Positions 33,515 to 38,760 of a DNA stretch of 38,760 bases are shown here, piece by piece (the first letter of the stretch is position 1; each line of letters starts with the position of its first letter). The DNA is from an uncultured Gammaproteobacteria bacterium (GTDB taxonomy: Bacteria > Patescibacteriota > Microgenomatia > UBA10105 > UBA927), in the NCBI GenBank assembly GCA_964448085.1, contig CAYUUX010000007.1, forward strand, positions 1 through 38,760, in the 5' to 3' direction. The notes below the pieces were generated by a model. The model saw nothing but the letters and a program-made list of their open reading frames with translations, did no database searches and was not told the origin of the DNA. The translations under genes and the position numbers were made by a program.

Positions 33515-34627
33515 ATGAATATTTTACTTCTGAATTGGCGGGATCCATGGCATCCAAACGCTGGTGGAGCTGAAATTGTGACCATGGAACACGCAAGGGC
33601 TTGGGTAAGGGCAGGACACAGCGTCGTATGGGTAAGTGGTGGATACTATGAACAACGGAAAAAGCGGGAAATAGTCGACGGTATTACATTTCTTCGATTT
33701 GGTGGAGCGTTGACCATTCATTTAATTGTTCCTTTGTTTGTTCTTGCTGAAGGGAACAAATATGACGTTGTTGTCGATGAAGTGCATGGGATTCCTTTTT
33801 TTGCACCGCTGTTTACTCGGGTGCCAGTAATAGCATTCATTCATGAAGTAGCGGATGAAATTTGGGATTATATGTATAAATGGCCGATCGCTTCAATAGG
33901 AAAGTTGCTGGAACGTTGGGCGTTTCGATGGTATCGACGGTGTCTTATTTGGACGGATGCGCCATCAACCATTAATGAGCTGGTTGGGTTGGGTATACCA
34001 AAAAATCAGTGTTACGCAATTCCCTGCCCTATTGTTAAACAAAATATAACAAATTCCGAAAAGAAGGAAAAACAACCGACCTATATATTTGTTTCGCGTG
34101 TAGTCCGCATGAAGGGGATTGAAGAAGTTTTAAAAGCATTCTCGTTTATCATCAAAGAGCAACGAGCAGCGAATCTTTGGATTATCGGAAGCGGGAAGGC
34201 TTCATATATTCGTGAATTGAAGCGAATGGCGGAAGAATATGGAATTATCAAACACGTCGAATTTTTTGGATCGGTATCAGAGCAGGAAAAATACATACGC
34301 ATGGCACGTGCTCATTTGCTTCTTCACGGTTCTGTCAAAGAGGGATGGGGACTGGTTGTCCTTGAAGCTGCATCAGTTGGTACACCTTCTGTGGTATATA
34401 ACGTCGCAGGACTTAAGGATGTTGTCAGAGACCGCAAAACAGGTGTCGTCATAAAAACGAATTCACCACAGGATATGGCACGTGAGGCGATATTGCTTTA
34501 CCAAGATAAGAAACACTATACGCGGTTTCAGCTTGCCGGAAAGAAATGGGTCGACGGTTTTGACTGGAATATCGTGACGAAACAGAGCATGGAATTGTTA
34601 ACTAATGTTGCTCACAAAAAATTATGA
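33515..34627 (+). CDS. GT4 glycosyltransferase, 'NWRD..HP.AGGAE' (mycobacterial Rv0225-like) subgroup (370 aa)
   Basis: N-terminal 'LLNWRDPWHPNAGGAE', 'DVVVDEVHGIPF', 'SRVVRMKG', EX7E motif 'EGWGLVVLE'. Confidence 0.88.
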   Translation: MNILLLNWRDPWHPNAGGAEIVTMEHARAWVRAGHSVVWVSGGYYEQRKKREIVDGITFLRFGGALTIHLIVPLFVLAEGNKYDVVVDEVHGIPFFAPLFTRVPVIAFIHEVADEIWDYMYKWPIASIGKLLERWAFRWYRRCLIWTDAPSTINELVGLGIPKNQCYAIPCPIVKQNITNSEKKEKQPTYIFVSRVVRMKGIEEVLKAFSFIIKEQRAANLWIIGSGKASYIRELKRMAEEYGIIKHVEFFGSVSEQEKYIRMARAHLLLHGSVKEGWGLVVLEAASVGTPSVVYNVAGLKDVVRDRKTGVVIKTNSPQDMAREAILLYQDKKHYTRFQLAGKKWVDGFDWNIVTKQSMELLTNVAHKKL

Positions 34628-35961
34628 AAAAATGGATTGTCACAAGTATCCTCATTGGCATCATTCTGGTGGGATATTGGCTTCGTCACGATCATTTCTC
34701 AGTTTGGCCGAGAGAGGGGGCGACATTTGATGAATTTGCATGGACGTTTCAGGGGTTGAGCATCTTAAATACCGGCATTCCCGTGTCGTGGTCGCCGCAC
34801 ACCGCATATACGAATGCGACAGAATATTTCAATCCGCAAGGAACACATTTCCGTTTGGTAAAACCCTACCTTGAGCATCCGCCACTTTTCGGACTTGTTG
34901 CAGGAACATTTGCGAAACTCCGTGGGGTAAATACATTCGATCAAGTTACTATTCAACGGATTCGCCCGCTCGGTTTGTTGATGGGAGTTACGTCGATTAC
35001 CGCCGTATTTTTGCTCGCAAACGCAGTGTACGGTAATATCGTCGGACTGATCGCGGCAGGAGTGTATGCAGTCATTCCGACTGTTGTAGTCGGATCACGG
35101 CTTGTCCAAAACGAGAATTTTTTCATCCCGCTATTTCTGTTTGCCCTCTATTTTGCCTATCGGTATATCGAAAGGAGCGCAAAGAATAAGAAGCTGATTA
35201 CCGCAGATCTTATCGTGTCTTCCGTGCTTTCGGGGATACTCATTCTGGCGAAGATGCCATGGGTTACGGCGACAATAGCGGTCGTTGGCATGTTTCTTAT
35301 TGCAAGGAAATGGAAGGCAGCGGGAATTGTGTTTGGGACAACTACAGTATTTTTGATCGGATGGCTCATCTACGGATACACGATGGACGCAGCTGTTTTT
35401 CCCAATCTTTGGAAGCTACAGCTTGCCCGGTATGACATGGCGTTCGATAGTCTATTTATCATGTTCCGTGATCCAATCACTGCGGACCGGCTGCTTGTTG
35501 ACGGATGGATTTACTTCGGTTGGGCAGCGATAGTCTGGCTTTGTACGAAGGATCTGAAGAAAAACTTACCGATCATTATCGGTTTCTTGGCATATCTCGC
35601 GGTATTTGTGTTTGCAATTCCCAGCGAACCGATGCACGGATGGTATCGGTATCCATTTTATCCATTTTTGGCAATCGCAATTGCCGTATTTTTCAAAGAG
35701 TATTGGAATAGGAATTATGTAGTAACCGCGATTTCCTATGTTGTGATTGGGTTATCCATGTTTGCAGGCAGCTGGGGAAGGGTATTCGGTTTTTCCTATC
35801 CGGTGTTTCGGACATATTTGGCACTCATCGCATTCAATGCACTGCCTGCAGTTTTTCCGAAGTTAGCGGATAAGAAAATATTCCGATGGACGAACCGTAT
35901 TGTGCTTGTTCTTATCATCCTTCTTTCATTTTGGACGATAATCGCGTATAACGAACAGTGA
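34624..35961 (+). CDS. Compact GT-C with PMT-like 'FDE...HPPL' loop (445 aa), no C-terminal soluble domain
   Basis: 'GATFDEFAW...PYLEHPPLFG' in loop 1, followed by TMs to the very C-terminus. Confidence 0.8.
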   Translation: MKKWIVTSILIGIILVGYWLRHDHFSVWPREGATFDEFAWTFQGLSILNTGIPVSWSPHTAYTNATEYFNPQGTHFRLVKPYLEHPPLFGLVAGTFAKLRGVNTFDQVTIQRIRPLGLLMGVTSITAVFLLANAVYGNIVGLIAAGVYAVIPTVVVGSRLVQNENFFIPLFLFALYFAYRYIERSAKNKKLITADLIVSSVLSGILILAKMPWVTATIAVVGMFLIARKWKAAGIVFGTTTVFLIGWLIYGYTMDAAVFPNLWKLQLARYDMAFDSLFIMFRDPITADRLLVDGWIYFGWAAIVWLCTKDLKKNLPIIIGFLAYLAVFVFAIPSEPMHGWYRYPFYPFLAIAIAVFFKEYWNRNYVVTAISYVVIGLSMFAGSWGRVFGFSYPVFRTYLALIAFNALPAVFPKLADKKIFRWTNRIVLVLIILLSFWTIIAYNEQ

Positions 35962-35965
35962 GTAT

Positions 35966-36817
35966 ATGCATACCATCAGTTTCACTGTCGTTATCCCAAC
36001 GAAGAATTCCGAACTGCACATCAGTCGGTGTCTTCAAAGTATCCTCCGTCAGAATTATCCAAAATCATGTATAGAAGTAATTGTCAGTGATAATGAGAGT
36101 GTCGACAAAACCCTGGATATAGCGAAACGAAACGGAGTAAAAACAATCACAATCAACGGACCGGCGCCGCTTGTCTGTCAGCAACGGAATGTCGGTGCAG
36201 CGAAAGCGAAAGGGGATTATCTGTATTTTCTGGACCACGATATGGAGCTGCCGGTAAATTTTTTCCAACACGTTGCGAATCAGATACGGATGAAGCCTTT
36301 TATTGATGCGTGGCAGGTTCCCGAAATAGTTGAAGGAAAAGATATATTGTTGAGCAGAATGAAGACATTCGAAAAAATGAGTTATGGAGGAACATATATC
36401 GCTTCCGCCCGGATCATCAAACGCGAGGTTTTCAGGAAAAATGGTTTACGTTTCGAAGAATCGTTGTCGGGCGGACCGGCTGATTGGGATATGGATTTGC
36501 AACTAACGAAAGCGAAGAAGCAAATTGATTTGTTGGATACGTCCGTTATCCACCATGAAGAGGCATTGTCGATTGGTCAATCAATCCGCAAAAAAAAGAC
36601 GTATTTTGACGGAATCGAAAAATATAAGGCGAAATGGCGACGTAAAGATAGAAAATTGTATAATGAGGTGCTTATTCAGCAGCAGTTCAATCCGTGGTAC
36701 AGATTGTTCTCGGTATTTTTTACACGGAAAAACTGGTTGAATACGGTGAAACAGTTGCACATATATATAGTGTTCCTGATTTACAAAACGGCGATGGGAT
36801 TGTCATTTTTAAAATAA
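35966..36817 (+). CDS. GT2 glycosyltransferase (283 aa)
   Basis: 'VVIPTKNSE..I.RCL.SI..Q.Y', 'SDNESVD.T', 'QRNVGA..AKGDYLYFLDHDM', 'DWDM'. Confidence 0.9.
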   Translation: MHTISFTVVIPTKNSELHISRCLQSILRQNYPKSCIEVIVSDNESVDKTLDIAKRNGVKTITINGPAPLVCQQRNVGAAKAKGDYLYFLDHDMELPVNFFQHVANQIRMKPFIDAWQVPEIVEGKDILLSRMKTFEKMSYGGTYIASARIIKREVFRKNGLRFEESLSGGPADWDMDLQLTKAKKQIDLLDTSVIHHEEALSIGQSIRKKKTYFDGIEKYKAKWRRKDRKLYNEVLIQQQFNPWYRLFSVFFTRKNWLNTVKQLHIYIVFLIYKTAMGLSFLK

Positions 36818-36820
36818 TTT

Positions 36821-37486
36821 ATGGATAGCAAAAAAATATATCTGTTGGGCATTGGCGGGATGGCACGCGAAGCATATCAGTTATGCAACATAGTCTATCC
36901 AAAAAGCAAAATATGCGGATTCGTTGTTGATACGGTAGCGCCGAATATTTCTTCGATTGACCATGTTCCCGTGATACGGACGGACGATTTTCTCAAATTG
37001 GATTCAAAAAAAATCAGTGTCGTTGCATCAATCGGATCGCCCGAAAAGGAAGCAATGATTAACCGGATAATTTCTGCAGGCTTTACGTTTGTGTCTGTCG
37101 TACATCCGAGTGTGATGATAGATAAAACGGTCAAAATCGGAAAAGGCGTTATTATCAATCGAGGCGTTGTTCTGACGAGAGATATAGAAATCGGCAACTA
37201 TTCGATTATTAACATCACATCGTCAATTAGTCATGGTTGTGTCATTGGCAATTATTGTCATATTTCACCGGGTGTACACATCGCAGGAGATGTGACGATC
37301 GGAGACGGTACTTGGGTGGGAATTGGGACAACGGTGATACAGAAAAGAAGGATCGGCAATAACTGTATGATCGGCGCGGGATCAGTCATTGTTGAAGATA
37401 TACCGGATAATCGTTTAGTATACGGTAATCCCGGAAGAAGAAAACGTACAATTACAAAAAAAGACTGGAAGACACTTTTACTATGA
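36821..37486 (+). CDS. NeuD/PglD/VioB-family sugar N-acetyltransferase (221 aa)
   Basis: Rossmann-like N-terminus 'YLLGIGGMARE', then hexapeptide repeats 'SISHGCVIGNYCHISPGVHIAGDVTIGDGTWVGIG...YGNP'. Confidence 0.88.
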   Translation: MDSKKIYLLGIGGMAREAYQLCNIVYPKSKICGFVVDTVAPNISSIDHVPVIRTDDFLKLDSKKISVVASIGSPEKEAMINRIISAGFTFVSVVHPSVMIDKTVKIGKGVIINRGVVLTRDIEIGNYSIINITSSISHGCVIGNYCHISPGVHIAGDVTIGDGTWVGIGTTVIQKRRIGNNCMIGAGSVIVEDIPDNRLVYGNPGRRKRTITKKDWKTLLL

Positions 37487-38565
37487 TATTTGTAACGAAA
37501 AGCGAATTGCCGAAAATACAAGAATACGTTTCATATCTCAAAAAGATTTGGAAAAGCTCAATATTAACGAATAATGGGCCGCTCGCGCAGCAGCTCGAAA
37601 AGGAATTAAAAAGTTATCTCGATTGCGAAAATCTTGCGTTGGTAACGAATGGAACATTAGCGCTGCAACTGGCTTTTCGCGCCATGCAGTTATCGGGTGA
37701 AGTTATCACTACGCCATTTACATTCGCCGCAACCTCAACGGCGCTCATCTACGAAGGTCTGAAGCCGGTTTTTGCTGACATTGATTCTGACACATTTACC
37801 ATTTCGCCAAGTGATGTGAGGAAAAAAATTACGAAACGAACATCGGCAATTTTGGCAGTACACGTCTATGGAAATCCATGTCATATGGAAGAGTTGGCGA
37901 AAATCGCGCGCGAACATAACCTGAAACTGATCTATGATGCCGCGCATGCGTTCGGAGTTGAGTATAAAGGTAGATCCGTCATGCAATATGGTGACGTAAA
38001 CACCTTAAGCTTTCACGCAACGAAAGTGTTCAATACTATCGAAGGCGGTGCCATTATCACGAAAACCAAGAAAGCAGTAGACAGTGTGAAACTACTTCGG
38101 AATTTTGGCATCGTATCGGAAGAGGATGTGGAAATAGCCGGTATCAACGCAAAGATGAATGAGTTCCAGGCTGCTATGGGGCTTTGTAACATCAAAGCGA
38201 TCGAAGCAAAGATAAAAGCAAGGAAGTCGTTGTACGAAATATATGCGAAAGCATTTTCGGGAAATAAAAATATCCGAATGCAGAAACTGACAGCTTCGAA
38301 ATACAATTACAGTTATATGCCTGTGGTATTTCGATCGAAGACCATCAGGGATCGCGTTCATGACGAATTGGTAAAATCCGCGATAAAACCAAGGAAATAC
38401 TTCTATCCGCTAATTTCCGACTTCAAATTTATCGATCAAAAACGCGGCACATCATTGCCCGTATCGAAGAGCATCTCCGATGGAGTGCTTTGTCTGCCGT
38501 TATATTCAAGCCTCAATCATTCAATAGTAAAGAAAATAGCCCAAATCGCGCTATCTAACGCATGA
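37483..38565 (+). CDS. vioA: DegT/DnrJ/EryC1/StrS PLP aminotransferase, VioA-like (dTDP-4-amino-4,6-dideoxy-D-glucose transaminase) (360 aa)
   Basis: 'YLKKIW.S..LTNNGP..QQLE', 'NGTLAL', 'TTPFTF.AT', 'HVYGNPC', 'YDAAHAFG', 'SFHATKVFNTIEGGA' with the PLP lysine, 'NAKMNEFQAA', 'RKYFYP'. These match the VioA subgroup as I recall it; the family call is firm, the exact substrate less so. Confidence 0.78.
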   Translation: MIFVTKSELPKIQEYVSYLKKIWKSSILTNNGPLAQQLEKELKSYLDCENLALVTNGTLALQLAFRAMQLSGEVITTPFTFAATSTALIYEGLKPVFADIDSDTFTISPSDVRKKITKRTSAILAVHVYGNPCHMEELAKIAREHNLKLIYDAAHAFGVEYKGRSVMQYGDVNTLSFHATKVFNTIEGGAIITKTKKAVDSVKLLRNFGIVSEEDVEIAGINAKMNEFQAAMGLCNIKAIEAKIKARKSLYEIYAKAFSGNKNIRMQKLTASKYNYSYMPVVFRSKTIRDRVHDELVKSAIKPRKYFYPLISDFKFIDQKRGTSLPVSKSISDGVLCLPLYSSLNHSIVKKIAQIALSNA

Positions 38566-38760
38566 TCAAAAAAATATACAACGTATGCGTTTTTTCTGTA
38601 GGGCGACTTCGTGCCGCTATTTGGAAGCTGTTTTGCAAAAGAATTGGGAAAGACGTTTTTATATTGGGTAGTTGTCAGTTATTAAGTCCTGAAGGAATAG
38701 AAATTGGTGATTATTCAGGAATTAACCATCATGTGGTTTTATCAGGTGCAGGAGGGTTGA
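38562..38760 (+). CDS. Partial left-handed beta-helix (hexapeptide) acyltransferase, truncated by the window end
   Basis: Not in the ORF track. ATG 38562 overlaps the vioA stop (ATGA) and stays open to the end: MIKKIYNVCVFSVGRLRAAIWKLFCKRIGKDVFILGSCQLLSPEGIEIGDYSGINHHVVLSGAGGL, like the N-terminus of maltose/galactoside O-acetyltransferase-type proteins. Confidence 0.75.
   Translation, partial: MIKKIYNVCVFSVGRLRAAIWKLFCKRIGKDVFILGSCQLLSPEGIEIGDYSGINHHVVLSGAGGL

Noticed and set aside
43-35961. Oligosaccharyltransferase (PglB/AglB/STT3) among the GT-Cs
   Set aside because: No WWDxG motif in any protein (WW occurs only in other contexts, e.g. AWWKG, TWWIS, PWWLL), so N-glycosylation is not supported by this window.
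49-38361. Numerous 60-175 aa ORFs antisense or out of frame to the main genes (e.g. 27278..27805, 11151..11645, 7206..7649)
   Set aside because: They lie within or across the boundaries of well-supported CDSs, have no recognisable motifs, and are expected shadow ORFs.
1-38760. tRNA/rRNA, CRISPR, IS/prophage, recoded TGA (code 25), frameshifted pseudogenes
   Set aside because: Coding density leaves no gap above 66 nt, I saw no repeat-spacer pattern or transposase/integrase motifs, TGA terminates many genes at ATGA overlaps, and all genes look intact.

Overview
The window is one uninterrupted cell-surface glycosylation locus of 29 tightly packed CDSs (28 complete, plus one running off the right edge and missing from the ORF track). 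I found no RNA genes, mobile elements, CRISPR arrays or pseudogenes. Seventeen genes encode multi-pass membrane proteins with GT-C-type architecture: 3 YfhO-like, 2 PTPS_related/PF10131-like, 5 with a loop-1 'DE' motif (ArnT/PMT-like), 5 with a loop-1 D/E-Q/V-x-x-D-type motif, 1 MptB/GT87-like and 1 unassigned. The rest are 5 GT2s (two polyprenol-phosphate-sugar-synthase-like), 2 GT4s, a Wzx/MOP-type flippase, a secreted DUF5667-like protein, a VioA-like aminotransferase with a VioB/NeuD-like N-acetyltransferase, and a partial hexapeptide acyltransferase. TGA is used as stop (code 11). Gene content, near-zero intergenic space, scarce Shine-Dalgarno sites and extended -10 promoters resemble Patescibacteria/CPR (Microgenomates-like); this is inference, as no marker gene is in the window. 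The most notable system is the 17-member GT-C array, served by only two candidate lipid-sugar synthases and one flippase, with no identifiable acceptor. Family calls come from motif recognition by eye, not database searches.
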